64,000 nucleotides of DNA from Polyangium sp. 15x6 (GCF_029960785.1 NZ_JASBQE010000055.1:1-64000), one strand, 5' to 3'; shown: positions 1 to 10,411, numbered from the stretch's first letter. Notes: a model not told the origin generated them from the sequence alone. Program-made: numbers and translations.

Positions 1-2
1 CC

Positions 3-1022
3 GAAGCCGCGAGCGCCGCGCCCGCCGCCGCGCCCGCGCCGAGCGCTGCCGCGCCGAGCGAGACCGCGCCCGCGCCCGCGCCGGAGACGACCGCGGCGGC
101 CGCGCCCGAAAAGCCCAAGAACATCGTCCGCTCGTCGCGCCCCACGCCCATCGAATGGTGCCAGGCGCCGATCGCGAAGCTCGGCTGGGAGGGCCACGAC
201 GAAGGGGATCTCGTCGAGGCTTGCAAGATGATCGAGGTCCGCGAGTGGGTGATGATCGGCTGCCCGCAGAACGGTCGACGCGAAAACAACAAGCACCTCG
301 GTCGGTACGATCGCGCGCTCCCCGGCGGCGGCAGCATGGCGACCGATGACGAGCTTTCCGCCGCGGATCTCGGGTCGTCGGACGCCGTGGTCATCTCGCT
401 CCGCCCGGGGACGAAGGCCAAGCCCGCCTTCACGTACCGGCCTTTCGAGCACCCCGAATGGATCAAAGACGAGACCTTCACCGTCGAGCTGCCGGAAAGC
501 GCGAGTGGCCTCGAAGATCGGCTCTTCAATGGCGGCGCGTGGCCGTCGTTCGAGGCGCGCGACACCGCGCGCTGCGAGGAAATGGCCGCCGCCGCCAAGG
601 CCGAAGCCGCCGCCAAGGCCGAGGCCGCCGCGAAGGCGCAGGCCGAGGAAGACGCGAAGATCCTGCCCGACGTCGAGGGAATCTCCGCCGCGCCCGCGGA
701 CGAGGCGTTCGCCGCCGAAAAAGAGGTACTCGTGACGGGCTCGGGCGCGGTCGGGTGCAAGACGAAGGTCCTCGGGAGCTGGTTCTGGATGCGCTGCGAG
801 GGCAAGGTGAAGATCACCGGCCTCGACATCGAGAAGGGGCGCAGGCAAACCCAGACGAAAGCGAGCGCCGAGGAAGGCGTGGGCAAGCTGCTCGTGCCTT
901 ACGTCGAAGGCACGGATCTCCGCGCGAAGATCACGTTCGAGGGCGGCGAGAAATTCCTGAAGCTCCGCTGGCCCAAGGGCAAGCGGCCCTTCCAGGTCGG
1001 CACGATCGGCGAGACGCGCTGA
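3..1022 (+). CDS. hypothetical protein, 5' partial (continues upstream of the window); Ala/Pro-rich N-terminal linker and an internal (EAAAK)3-like helix
   Basis: Frame 3 is open from position 3 to the TGA at 1020-1022; the first in-window Met is at 228. It encodes AAAKAEAAAKAEAAAKAQAEE at ~586-648. No catalytic motif recognised. Confidence 0.5.
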   Translation, partial: EAASAAPAAAPAPSAAAPSETAPAPAPETTAAAAPEKPKNIVRSSRPTPIEWCQAPIAKLGWEGHDEGDLVEACKMIEVREWVMIGCPQNGRRENNKHLGRYDRALPGGGSMATDDELSAADLGSSDAVVISLRPGTKAKPAFTYRPFEHPEWIKDETFTVELPESASGLEDRLFNGGAWPSFEARDTARCEEMAAAAKAEAAAKAEAAAKAQAEEDAKILPDVEGISAAPADEAFAAEKEVLVTGSGAVGCKTKVLGSWFWMRCEGKVKITGLDIEKGRRQTQTKASAEEGVGKLLVPYVEGTDLRAKITFEGGEKFLKLRWPKGKRPFQVGTIGETR

Positions 1023-1025
1023 GGC

Positions 1026-1712
1026 TCAGAAATAGGGCGACAGCGCCGCTTGCACCCGGTCTTTCGCGCCCGAGGCGACGACCTCGCCGTGCGCCATGAT
1101 CAGCCGATCGAAATCGAGCCCGGCCACCGCGCGCAGCGACGCGCGCAGCGACGCGCGGTCCTTCGCGATCAGCGGCCACTCCCGGCCCATCGCGAGCTTT
1201 CCGTTCGTGCCGAGCGCCGTGTAGACGAGCTTCGATACGAGGCCCTCGGGCTTCTCGATGTTGAACAGGATGTCGGAGACGATGAGCGTCCGGCTCGCGT
1301 GGTGCAGGAACACCACCTCCGACACCATCGGGACGCCCTCGACGAGCCGCAGATCGAAGGCGCCGCCCCACGCGGCGGGCGGCCCTTCGGATAACACCTC
1401 GTCGATGCGGACCGAGGGGATCTTCTCCTGGACCCGCGGCGCGCTGAAGACACGCGCCTCCGGGAAACGCGCCGACGCGGCGCCGATGAACAGGTTGTGA
1501 AACCGGTTCGGCGCGACGAGGTACGCGACGCGCCCGAGCTTCGCGAGCACGGCGGCGAGCGAATCGTCGATCGGAATGGGCGAATGCACCCAGAGCTCAC
1601 CACCCGGGAGGCGCGCCACGGTCATCCGCGCGTTCATCCGGACAAAGCCGGCGAACCGCAGAGGGTGCTCCGCGGCCCAGAGATCTTCGGCGAGGGATAC
1701 GAGCTCGGTCAT
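1026..1712 (-). CDS. conserved hypothetical protein, possibly DUF4336-like, 228 aa; tandem paralogue of the next gene
   Basis: Clean 228-aa ORF with a non-biased composition and a conserved block TLIVSDILFNIEKPEG. It is ~65% identical to the adjacent ORF at 1732..2418. Family assignment is from memory only. Confidence 0.6.
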   Translation of the reverse strand: MTELVSLAEDLWAAEHPLRFAGFVRMNARMTVARLPGGELWVHSPIPIDDSLAAVLAKLGRVAYLVAPNRFHNLFIGAASARFPEARVFSAPRVQEKIPSVRIDEVLSEGPPAAWGGAFDLRLVEGVPMVSEVVFLHHASRTLIVSDILFNIEKPEGLVSKLVYTALGTNGKLAMGREWPLIAKDRASLRASLRAVAGLDFDRLIMAHGEVVASGAKDRVQAALSPYF

Positions 1713-1731
1713 GCGATGGTCTCCTTGGGGC

Positions 1732-2418
1732 TCAAACGAACGGGCCGAGGGCCTCGTTCACGCGGGCCTTCGCGCCCGAGGCGACGACCTCGCCGTGCGC
1801 CATGATCAGCCGATCGAAATCGAGCGCGACCACCTCGCGCACCGACGCCCTCCACGCGGCCTTGTCCTTCGTGATGAGGCTCCACATCCGGCTCCGCGCG
1901 AGCTTGCCGCGCGTGCCCATCATCGTGAGCACGACCTTCGTCGCGAGTCCTTCGGGCCGCTCGATGTTGAACAGGAGATCCGAGACGACGAGCGTCTTGC
2001 TCGGGCGGTGAAGGAACACCACCTCCTGCATCTGCGGCGCGCCCTCGACGAGGCGCTGCGCGAAGACGTCGGCCCACGCGGCGGGCGTATCCGCGGAGAG
2101 CACCTCGTCGATGCGGAGCGAAGGAATTTTCTCCCCGAGCCCCGGCGGCGCGAAGACCCGCGCCTCGGGGAAACGCTCCGACGCCCGGCCGAGGAAGAGG
2201 TTGTGATACAGGTTCGGCGCGACGAGGTAGGAGACCTTTCCGAGCTTCGTGAGCTCGGCGGCGAGCGAATCGTCGATCGGAATGGGTGAATGCACCCAGA
2301 GCTTTTCACCGGGCAGGCGCACCACGGTCATCCGCGTATCCATCCGGACGCCGCCGGGCATCTTCACCGGGTGCTCCGCGGCCCAGAGATCTTCGGCGAG
2401 GGAAACGAGCTCGGCCAT
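1732..2418 (-). CDS. conserved hypothetical protein, possibly DUF4336-like, 228 aa; tandem paralogue
   Basis: Same length, orientation and motifs (MAELVSLAEDLWAAEHP..., TLVVSDLLFNIERPEG) as 1026..1712, with a 19-bp spacer between them. Confidence 0.6.
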   Translation of the reverse strand: MAELVSLAEDLWAAEHPVKMPGGVRMDTRMTVVRLPGEKLWVHSPIPIDDSLAAELTKLGKVSYLVAPNLYHNLFLGRASERFPEARVFAPPGLGEKIPSLRIDEVLSADTPAAWADVFAQRLVEGAPQMQEVVFLHRPSKTLVVSDLLFNIERPEGLATKVVLTMMGTRGKLARSRMWSLITKDKAAWRASVREVVALDFDRLIMAHGEVVASGAKARVNEALGPFV

Positions 2419-2696
2419 GGTGGTTTTCCCTTTTGATCACCCGTTCACGACGGCCATGAACATGCGCGCGTTCGGACCACGATAGCAGGGCGCGGCGGGA
2501 TTGTCGTTCTCGAGGCCAAGGCGCGCCGGAGGAATCGAAGAGGTTTTCATGGCGAAGCGGGAGAATATCACCCCTCGTTCCCCGCTCCGAGACCCTCCGC
2601 AGCATCGACGAACCCATTCGGGTCCGTCTCCGGTCGATCATTTCTGCCACGTTGGAATGGCGCCGCCCCGCTCCCTCGTGGTAGACAAGGGCCCCC

Positions 2697-3584
2697 ATGC
2701 TGCCTGCATCCGACTCGGACCAGCTCGCCCCGAAGGCCTCGGGGATCGTGCGCCCCGCGCGCCGCCCCGCCGGCTGGATCGCTCCGGGCCCGCAGCCGCG
2801 GACGCCCGATCGCGAGGACGTCTGGCCCGGCCCCGGCGAGGACCTCTGCTACCTGGCCGGCGATTTCCGCATTCTCCAGCGCGTCGACGGCCACCGCTGG
2901 TCGGCCGACGACCTCGTCACGGCCTGGTACGCGATTGAAGAGCTCCGCCACGCGCCGCCGCGCCGCGCCGTCGACCTCGGCTGCGGCATCGGCACCGTCC
3001 TCCTTTTCGTCGCGTGGGCCTTCTCCGAGGCGCGCGTGACGGGCGTCGAGGCGCAGGACGTGAGCTTTGGCCTCGCGCGGCGCTCGCTCGCCTGGAACGG
3101 CGTCGACGATCGATGCGCCGTGCGTTTCGGCGACTTGCGCGAGGCGGCGACGACCAAGGGCCTCGAAGGCGCGGATCTCGTGACGGGCACGCCGCCGTAT
3201 CTGCCGAAGGGGACGGGGATCGAGTCGAGCAAAGTGCAATGCGGCCCGTGCCGCTTCGAATGGCGCGGCGGCGTGGAGGATTACGCGCTCGCAGCGGCGC
3301 GCCTGCTCGCCGAGGGCGCGCCGTTCGTGGGCTGCGCCGCCTCGCGCCAGCGCCCGCGTGTCGAGGCCGCGGCCGCAGGCGCCGGACTCGTGCTCGAGCG
3401 CTACCGCGACGTCGTCCCGCGCGAAGGCAAGGACCCACTGTTTTCGGTATATGTGATGCGCCGCCCTGCCGCGGCTCGCGCCCCGGAAATCGAGCCGCCG
3501 CTCGTGTTACGTGGCAAGGATGGACGCTTCACGGCCGCGTTCGACGAGGTGCGCCGGGCGATGGGAATGCCCGTCGAGCGTTAA
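2697..3584 (+). CDS. class I SAM-dependent methyltransferase, N6-adenine / N5-glutamine MTase-like with a [D/N/T]PPY motif
   Basis: SAM-binding motif VDLGCGIGTV, the methyl-acceptor motif TGTPPY, and an acidic residue after beta-2 (GVEAQD). Confidence 0.7.
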   Translation: MLPASDSDQLAPKASGIVRPARRPAGWIAPGPQPRTPDREDVWPGPGEDLCYLAGDFRILQRVDGHRWSADDLVTAWYAIEELRHAPPRRAVDLGCGIGTVLLFVAWAFSEARVTGVEAQDVSFGLARRSLAWNGVDDRCAVRFGDLREAATTKGLEGADLVTGTPPYLPKGTGIESSKVQCGPCRFEWRGGVEDYALAAARLLAEGAPFVGCAASRQRPRVEAAAAGAGLVLERYRDVVPREGKDPLFSVYVMRRPAAARAPEIEPPLVLRGKDGRFTAAFDEVRRAMGMPVER

Positions 3585-3762
3585 GAAATTATCGGTCGCG
3601 ACTTACAGCAAGAAAATCGAACCCCGAGCGGAAGCAGCAGGCGTCGAGAGCGGTTTTTCGCCCTTGATGCGTCCGGCCGAGGGCAGTAAGAATCGTTCTT
3701 CTTCGGTCCACGGCGCGGCGCGGCGACAAGCCCTCGCGCCCAGGACCTTTCGTGGAGGTCTC

Positions 3763-5271
3763 ATGCGCAGGAACGTTTTGCTTGGGCTCATCATTTCTTC
3801 CGGGCTTTCCGTCCTCGCGGCCGGCGCGGGTTGCAGTGGTGGTGGTTCGGACCCCACCGGCGGCGGCGGCGAGGGCGGCCAGGGCGGCGCCGGCGGCGCT
3901 TCGCAGTCGAGCTCGAGCTCGTCGAGCGTCGCGCAATCGGGCTCGGGCGGCTCGACTGCCGACTCGAACATCAGTTGCGATACCGCGGCCGAGTTGTTCC
4001 TCGACGATCCCGGTTTGCAGGACACCCTCGATCCGATCGATGCGGACGAGGACTTCTACAAGTTCAAGGGCGCGAAGGGCCAAGCCATTCTCATCTCGAC
4101 GGACGCGAAGCCCCCGCAGGACGAATTCGACAACACGTACCCGGATCTCGTCCTCACGCTTTACAAGAAGCAGGGCGGACAATGGGTGCAGATCGCGGAG
4201 AACGACGATCCGTACCCGCGTTCGAGCAACGACAGCGCGCTCTACACGATCCTCCCGGCGTCGGACGACGACGAGTACTGCATGCGGGTCACCGAATGCA
4301 ACGTGTGGGTCGGCGGGGCGCCGGGTTGCGCGCCCTCGGCCGACATCACCACGTACGACTACGCGGTCGGCGCGGGCATCCTCGACGCGTCGCTCGAGAG
4401 CATCGCGGCCGAGACGGAGCCGAACGACGCGGCCGAACAGGCCACGGCCGTCGAGTATTCGAAGAACCCGCAGAGCGGCAACTATTACCTCTCGCTCCAG
4501 TGGGGCGGCTACAGCAGCGCGACGGACGTCGACATCTGGAAGTTCAACGTCCCGGCGGACGCCGTGACGGTCATGGGCGATCGCCCTGTCTGCAACTTCG
4601 ACTTCTATGCGGGCGGCACCGCGGGCAGCGGCTCGACGGCCACGTCCGGCGTGATCGCGTACGTGACGACGGCCGCGGATCCCACGAAGAAGATCGCGCA
4701 GGTCGACGTGACGGCGGCCGCGACGCCCTCGCAGATCGCCGTGCCTTGCGAGCTCGGGACCGATTACCTGTTCTTCATGACGCGCAAGACCGGATCGACG
4801 GCCGGGGAGAACGATTTCTACTTCGTGAACCACGGCGGCACGGGCTCGAACCCGCTCGAGGCCGGGCCGAACGACGCCATCGACATGCCCGAGGCGCTGA
4901 AGGCCACGCCGAACGGCACGACGACGAGCTACTTCGTCGACGGCGACCTCGACGCGGCCCCGACGGACATCGATTACTACTCCGTCGACGTGCCCGCCGG
5001 CTCGGCCACGATCAGCGTCGCCTGCGGCGGCCAGCGCTCGGGCTCGGGCCTGCGTGGGCTCAAGGTCTCGGTGCTCGGCGCGAACGACATGCCGATCACC
5101 GGCGGCATCGGCACGGAGAGCGAGACGAAGGACCTCTTCCTCCAGGACGTGAACATCCCGGCCGGCGTCACCAGCCTGAAGGTCAAGATCGAGGCGTCCT
5201 CGCAGGACGCCGAGGTCGCGAGCACGTTCTACCGTTGCGGCATGCACGTCGCGCCGCCCGCCAATCCGTAG
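3763..5271 (+). CDS. secreted (lipo)protein with three PPC-like (pre-peptidase C-terminal) domains
   Basis: ATG at 3763 is preceded by GGAGG. Signal peptide MRRNVLLGLIISSGLSVLAAGAGC followed by a Gly/Ser linker. Three D-x-D-[FWY]-[YW]-K/S-F modules: DPIDADEDFYKF, TDVDIWKFNV, TDIDYYSVDV. The six-frame ORF begins earlier at 3511, but that stretch is Arg-rich and was trimmed. Confidence 0.65.
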   Translation: MRRNVLLGLIISSGLSVLAAGAGCSGGGSDPTGGGGEGGQGGAGGASQSSSSSSSVAQSGSGGSTADSNISCDTAAELFLDDPGLQDTLDPIDADEDFYKFKGAKGQAILISTDAKPPQDEFDNTYPDLVLTLYKKQGGQWVQIAENDDPYPRSSNDSALYTILPASDDDEYCMRVTECNVWVGGAPGCAPSADITTYDYAVGAGILDASLESIAAETEPNDAAEQATAVEYSKNPQSGNYYLSLQWGGYSSATDVDIWKFNVPADAVTVMGDRPVCNFDFYAGGTAGSGSTATSGVIAYVTTAADPTKKIAQVDVTAAATPSQIAVPCELGTDYLFFMTRKTGSTAGENDFYFVNHGGTGSNPLEAGPNDAIDMPEALKATPNGTTTSYFVDGDLDAAPTDIDYYSVDVPAGSATISVACGGQRSGSGLRGLKVSVLGANDMPITGGIGTESETKDLFLQDVNIPAGVTSLKVKIEASSQDAEVASTFYRCGMHVAPPANP

Positions 5272-5389
5272 TTTTACAGGACGCACCCTCCCCCGCCCTG
5301 CCCTCCCGGACCTCGCGACACGCGGGGTCGGGGGGGCGTCCCGGACGCTCCAGCAAGAATTCGACGCGCCGCGAATACCCATCCCTTTC

Positions 5390-8300
5390 GTGGGGATGGA
5401 CCGCGCCGAACTTTGCGCGGATACTTGGCGCCCCATGCTTCCGGGCCAGGTTGTCGACGGACGGTTCGTCGTCGAAGGCGTCGTCGGCCAAGGCGGCATG
5501 GCCCGCGTGTTTCGCGCGACGGACCGCACGACGGGCGAGGTCGTCGCCCTCAAGGTCCTGCTCGAAGAGGAAGCCGCGAACGTCGAGCGCTTCGAGCGCG
5601 AGGCGGAGATCATGGCCGCCCTCCAGCATCCCGGGATCGTGCGGTACGTCGCGCACGGCCGCGAGGAGAGCTTCCCCTACATCGCGATGGAGTGGGCCTC
5701 GGGGCAGAGCCTCGACCGGCGCATCCAGAGGCAAACCCTGCCGATCGACGGCGCCGTGCGGCTGCTCCGTCGCCTCGCGGAGGCGCTCGCGGTCGCGCAC
5801 GAGCGCGGGATCGTGCACCGCGATCTGAAGCCCGGGAACGTGATGCTGCTCGAGGGCGATCTCGAGCGGCCGAAGCTCATCGATTTCGGCATCGCGCGGC
5901 TCGGCGGGGCCGCCAAGGAGCTGACGCAGAAGGGCGTGCTCCTCGGGTCGATGGGGTACATGGCGCCGGAGCAGGCGCGCGGGGCGCAGAACCTCGACGC
6001 GCGCGCCGACGTGTTCGCCCTCGGTTGCCTGATGCTCCACGCGCTCACGGGCAAACGGCTCTTCGAGGGCGGCGACGCGCTCGCGTACCTCGTGCGTGTG
6101 GTCGTCGAGGACGCGCCGAGGCTACGCACGATGCGGCCCGACGCGCCTCCGTGGCTCGAAGCGCTGCTCGCGCGGATGCTCGCGCGCGCGCCCGCCGAGC
6201 GGCCGGCGAACGCGGGCGCGCTCGCGCTGGAGATCGAGCGGGCGCTCGAAGCGGACCTCGACGAGACCACGACCTCCGCCACGTCGCTGCCGGGCGGCGC
6301 GCTCGGGGCGCACGAGAGGCGCGTCCGCTGCGTGCTCATCGTGCGGCTGCCGGAAGGGCCGGGCGCGGGTTCCGAGGGAAAAACCTCGCTCGCGGAGGTC
6401 GCCGCGGGGTTCGGCGGCGCGGTCGACGAGCTGCTCGACGGGCACCTGCTCGTGACGTTCCACGGCTCGGGCGCCGCGACGGACGAGGCCTCGCGGGCCG
6501 CGAAATGCGCGCTCGCGTTCGCCGATCGCGTCGACGGCGAGCGCGCGGCGATCGTCGCGGCGGAGAGCGCGGGCGAGGCGCCGGCGCCTTCGACGATCGA
6601 GCCCTTTTTGCCCATGCTCTCGCGCGCGCCGCGCGACGCGATCGCGGTCGACGACGTGACCGCGGGCCTGCTCGGCGCGCGCTTCGACGTGAGCGGCGAC
6701 GAGCAAGGCCTCTTCCTGCTCGGCGAGCGTGACGTCGGCGAGCCCGCGCGGACGCTGCTCGGCAAGCCCATGCCGTGCGTCGGCCGCGACATGGAGTTCT
6801 CCGCGATCCAGCGCATCTTCGAGGAGGCCGAGCGGGAGCGGGCGCCGCGGGCGATGATCGTCACGGGCGAGGCAGGCATCGGCAAATCACGCCTCCGGCA
6901 CGAGCTCTTGCGCTGGCTCGGCGAGCGAGGTCGGCCGGTGGAGATCTGGATCGGCCAGGGGGATCCGATCGCGGCGGGCTCGTCGTTCGGTTTGCTCGCG
7001 CGGGCGCTGCGGAGGGCGGCGAACGTGATGGCGGGCGAGCCGCTCGAGGTCGCGCGGCGCAAGCTCCGGGCGCGCATCGGCCGCTACCTCGATCCGATCC
7101 GCGCCGCGTCCGTGGCGGAGTTCCTGGGCGAGGCCGCGGGTTTGCCCTTCGAGGCCGAGGGCCGCCCGGCCCTCCTCGCGGCGCGGCGAAGCGCGACGCT
7201 CCTCGGCGACCGGATCCGCCGATCGTTCGAGGAGCTCGTGGTCGCCGAGTGCCGCGCCGGCACGCTGCTGCTCGTGCTCGAAGACCTGCATTTCGGGGAC
7301 CTTCCGAGCTTGAACCTCGTCGACGCGGCGCTCGCGCAACGCTTGCCGCTCGTGGTGCTCGCGCTCGGCCGGCCCGAGCTCGCGCGGACGTTCCCGGATC
7401 TCTGGGCCGCGCGCGGGCCGCTCACGATCTCGCTCGCGCCGCTCGCGGACGGCGACAGCCAGAGGCTCGCGCGCGCGGCGCTCGGGCCACGGGCGAAGAG
7501 CACGGTGATCACGCAGATCGTGGAGCGCGCGGGCGGGAACGCGTTTTTCCTGGAGGAGCTCGTGCGCGCGGCCGCGCGCGGCCGCGATCAGGCGCTGCCG
7601 GAGAGCGTGATCGCCATGGTGCAAGGCACGCTCGAAGAGCTCGATCCGCGCGCGCGGCGGGCCCTCCGCGCGGCGAGCGTCTACGGCGACGTGTTCACGG
7701 AGGGCGACGTGGCGGCGCTGCTCGGCGAGGAGACGCGCGACGTGGCCGAGCTCTTCGGCGAGCTCTGCGCGCGCGAGCTCTTGGAGCTCCGCGAGGTGAG
7801 CCTCACGCGGCACGAAAACCTCGTGGAGATGTACTCGTTCCGGCACGCCTACGTGCGCGAGGCGGCGTACGCGATGCTCACCGACGAGGACCGCGTGCTC
7901 GGGCACAAGCTCGCGGCGCGCCGGCTCACGGCGGCCGGAGAGCCCGATTCGATGCGCCTCGCCGAGCACCTCTTCCGCGCCGGTCAGCTCGACAAGGCGA
8001 TCACGTACTTCTCGCGCGCGGCCGAGCAAGCGCTCCTCGGCGGGGACCTCGGCAAGGCCCTCTCCTCTGCCGAGCGCGGCATCAACTGCGGCGCGCTCGG
8101 CGATGATCTCGGCCGCCTGCTGGTGATCCAGGCCGAGGCGCATCGATGGCGCGGCGAGAACGTCGAGGCGATGCGAAAAGCGGAGCACGCGTTCACGGTC
8201 CTGCCGCGCGGCACCGACGCGTGGTGCGTGGCCGCGAGCCTGGTCACCTCGTGCGCGACGACGCTCGGCGATCCGGGCACGCTCGAGCCCGTGGCGGCAG

Positions 8301-9268
8301 CGCTCTCCGAGGTCGTCTCCACACCGCGGACCTCGCCGAGGCCGACGCAGATCGCCGCCTGCGCGCGCGTCGCCGCCGCGTTCTACGTGCTCGGGAGGCA
8401 CGAGCTCGCCGAGTCGCTGCACGAGCTCGCGGCGGGGCACGAGGAGGCGCGGCGCGAGCCGTCCACACGCGCGCGCCTGCACGAGGCCGACACGCTGCGG
8501 GCGCACACGATGGGGGACGCGGCCGGGGCGGTCGCCGCGGTGGAGCAGGTCATCCAGGCCTTCACGGAGATCGGCGACGTGCGCAGCGTCGCGCTCCATC
8601 GGAGCAACCAGGCCGCGCTGCTCAACGCGATCGGCGCCTACGTCGAGGCCGAGTTCGCCGCGCGCGCCGCGCTCGAAGCGGGCGAGGCGCAGGGACTCTC
8701 GCAAATCGTGAGCGCGGCCCAGCAGAACCTCGGCTTCTCCCTGGCGCACACGGGCCGGCTCGACGAGGCCCAGACGCTCCTCTCGCGCAGCATCCGTGAC
8801 GCCCTCCTCCAGAGAAACCGCAGGCTCGAAGCCGGCGCGCGGATCTACCTCGCGATCGCCGCGCTCTACGCGCGCAAGCTCGACATCGCCGACGCCGAGG
8901 CGTGCGCGGCCGCGGACGCGCTCGCGGGTATGCCCCTCCACGCGTATGCGCAAGGCGTGCTCGCGATGGTCGAGCTTCTGCGAGGTCGCACGCTGGAAGC
9001 CCTGCACATGGCGGAGAAGGCGATCAGCGCGCTCGCGGCGCGCGGCGGCGCGGCCGAGGAGGGTGAAGGGCTCGTGCGCCTCGCGTTCGCCGAGTCGCTC
9101 GCGGCGACGGGCGACACCGAGGGCGCGCGGCGCGCGCTCTCCATCGCGAAGCGGCGCATCGAGGAGCGCGCGGCCCTGCTCACACGGCCGGCGCATCGAC
9201 GGAGCTTCATCGAGCTCGTCCCCGAACACAGGCGAACCCTCGATCTCTCGGCGCACATGGGGGTGTAG
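5390..9268 (+). CDS. Ser/Thr protein kinase fused to a cyclase-like region, an AAA ATPase and TPR repeats (STAND-type)
   Basis: Kinase motifs VGQGGMARVF, ALKVL, HRDLKPGNVML, DFG, MAPE. P-loop GEAGIGKSRL further downstream. C-terminal helical/TPR repeats. The start could instead be the ATG at 5435. Confidence 0.85.
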   Translation: MGMDRAELCADTWRPMLPGQVVDGRFVVEGVVGQGGMARVFRATDRTTGEVVALKVLLEEEAANVERFEREAEIMAALQHPGIVRYVAHGREESFPYIAMEWASGQSLDRRIQRQTLPIDGAVRLLRRLAEALAVAHERGIVHRDLKPGNVMLLEGDLERPKLIDFGIARLGGAAKELTQKGVLLGSMGYMAPEQARGAQNLDARADVFALGCLMLHALTGKRLFEGGDALAYLVRVVVEDAPRLRTMRPDAPPWLEALLARMLARAPAERPANAGALALEIERALEADLDETTTSATSLPGGALGAHERRVRCVLIVRLPEGPGAGSEGKTSLAEVAAGFGGAVDELLDGHLLVTFHGSGAATDEASRAAKCALAFADRVDGERAAIVAAESAGEAPAPSTIEPFLPMLSRAPRDAIAVDDVTAGLLGARFDVSGDEQGLFLLGERDVGEPARTLLGKPMPCVGRDMEFSAIQRIFEEAERERAPRAMIVTGEAGIGKSRLRHELLRWLGERGRPVEIWIGQGDPIAAGSSFGLLARALRRAANVMAGEPLEVARRKLRARIGRYLDPIRAASVAEFLGEAAGLPFEAEGRPALLAARRSATLLGDRIRRSFEELVVAECRAGTLLLVLEDLHFGDLPSLNLVDAALAQRLPLVVLALGRPELARTFPDLWAARGPLTISLAPLADGDSQRLARAALGPRAKSTVITQIVERAGGNAFFLEELVRAAARGRDQALPESVIAMVQGTLEELDPRARRALRAASVYGDVFTEGDVAALLGEETRDVAELFGELCARELLELREVSLTRHENLVEMYSFRHAYVREAAYAMLTDEDRVLGHKLAARRLTAAGEPDSMRLAEHLFRAGQLDKAITYFSRAAEQALLGGDLGKALSSAERGINCGALGDDLGRLLVIQAEAHRWRGENVEAMRKAEHAFTVLPRGTDAWCVAASLVTSCATTLGDPGTLEPVAAALSEVVSTPRTSPRPTQIAACARVAAAFYVLGRHELAESLHELAAGHEEARREPSTRARLHEADTLRAHTMGDAAGAVAAVEQVIQAFTEIGDVRSVALHRSNQAALLNAIGAYVEAEFAARAALEAGEAQGLSQIVSAAQQNLGFSLAHTGRLDEAQTLLSRSIRDALLQRNRRLEAGARIYLAIAALYARKLDIADAEACAAADALAGMPLHAYAQGVLAMVELLRGRTLEALHMAEKAISALAARGGAAEEGEGLVRLAFAESLAATGDTEGARRALSIAKRRIEERAALLTRPAHRRSFIELVPEHRRTLDLSAHMGV

Positions 9269-9303
9269 CTCGGGATCGAAAACGGCACGGAGGAGGACGA
9301 ACC

Positions 9304-10401
9304 ATGCTCGAATGGACGAGAGGCCAGGCGCTCGGGGAGCTCGACACGCCCGCGCTCATCCTGGACATCGCGGCGGCCGAGCGGAACATCCGCGCGATGG
9401 CCGATCGGCTCGTCCATGGCTCGGTGCGCCTTCGCCCTCACGTGAAGACCCACAAATGCCCCCTGCTCGCGCACAAGCAGATGGCGGCGGGCGCGATCGG
9501 CGTGACGGCGGCGAAGCTCGGCGAGGCCGAGGTGATGATCCGCGCGGGGATCCCCGAGGTGCTCGTGTCGACGCCGATCGTCGGGCGCACGAAGATCGAG
9601 CGGCTGATCGCGCTCTCGCGGCACGGCTTGGTCCTCACGGTCGTGGACGACGCGGGCGCGGCGCGGGCGATCTCCGACGCGGCGACGCGGGCCGGTCTGA
9701 AGATCCCGGCGCTCGTCGACGTGGACGTGGGGCAGCGGCGCACGGGGGTTTTACCGGGCGAGCCGGCGCTCGCGCTCGCGCGGCAGGTGGCGACGATGCC
9801 GGGCCTCGTGCTCGTCGGTCTCCAGGGGTACGAGGGGCATTTGCAGCACGTGCAGAGCCGCGACGAGCGCGAGCGGCTCTGGCGCGCCTCGATGAAAAAG
9901 CTCACGGACACGGCGGACCTCGTCCGCGGCGCGGGTTTTCCCCTCGACATCGTCTCGACGGGCGGCACCGGCACGTCGACGTTCGCCCTCGAGGCCACGG
10001 GCATCACCGAGATCCAGCCTGGCTCGTACGTGGTGATGGACGACCATTACGGCACGGTGCAGGGTGTGGGATTCGAGCAAGCGCTGTTCGTCCTCACCAC
10101 GGTCGTGAGCCGGACGCGGACGACGGACGTGATCGTGGATGCGGGGATGAAGGCGCTCTCGAGCGACAGCGGCCCGCCGCGGGTGCGGGGCATCGAGGGC
10201 GCGCAGTATACGTTCGCGGGGGACGAGCACGGCCGGATCGAATTCGTCGGCGAGGGAAGCGATTTGCGGGTCGGCGACAAGGTCCTGCTCGTGCCGAGCC
10301 ATTGCGATACGACGATCAACCTGCACGACCATTATCACGTCATCGAGGACGACCGCCTCGTCGAGGTTTTGCCGATCGCGGCGCGCGGCCGCATCCGGTA
10401 G
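9304..10401 (+). CDS. DSD1-family PLP enzyme (D-serine deaminase / D-threonine aldolase-like, alanine-racemase fold)
   Basis: HVKTHKC carries the PLP-binding lysine; alanine-racemase-like N- and C-terminal domains. RBS GGAGGAGG upstream of the ATG. Confidence 0.8.
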   Translation: MLEWTRGQALGELDTPALILDIAAAERNIRAMADRLVHGSVRLRPHVKTHKCPLLAHKQMAAGAIGVTAAKLGEAEVMIRAGIPEVLVSTPIVGRTKIERLIALSRHGLVLTVVDDAGAARAISDAATRAGLKIPALVDVDVGQRRTGVLPGEPALALARQVATMPGLVLVGLQGYEGHLQHVQSRDERERLWRASMKKLTDTADLVRGAGFPLDIVSTGGTGTSTFALEATGITEIQPGSYVVMDDHYGTVQGVGFEQALFVLTTVVSRTRTTDVIVDAGMKALSSDSGPPRVRGIEGAQYTFAGDEHGRIEFVGEGSDLRVGDKVLLVPSHCDTTINLHDHYHVIEDDRLVEVLPIAARGRIR

Positions 10402-10411
10402 GAGGAAACCA

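Noticed and set aside
5371-5395. Hairpin CCATCCC-tttcgtg-GGGATGG whose right arm contains the kinase ATG
   Set aside because: Short 7-bp stem; could be coincidental. The alternative start at 5435 makes its significance unclear.
6887-9256. 789-aa minus ORF opposite kinase 1, and Arg-rich ORFs at 5413..6732 and 6775..8106
   Set aside because: Same GC-driven antisense or alternate-frame artefact.
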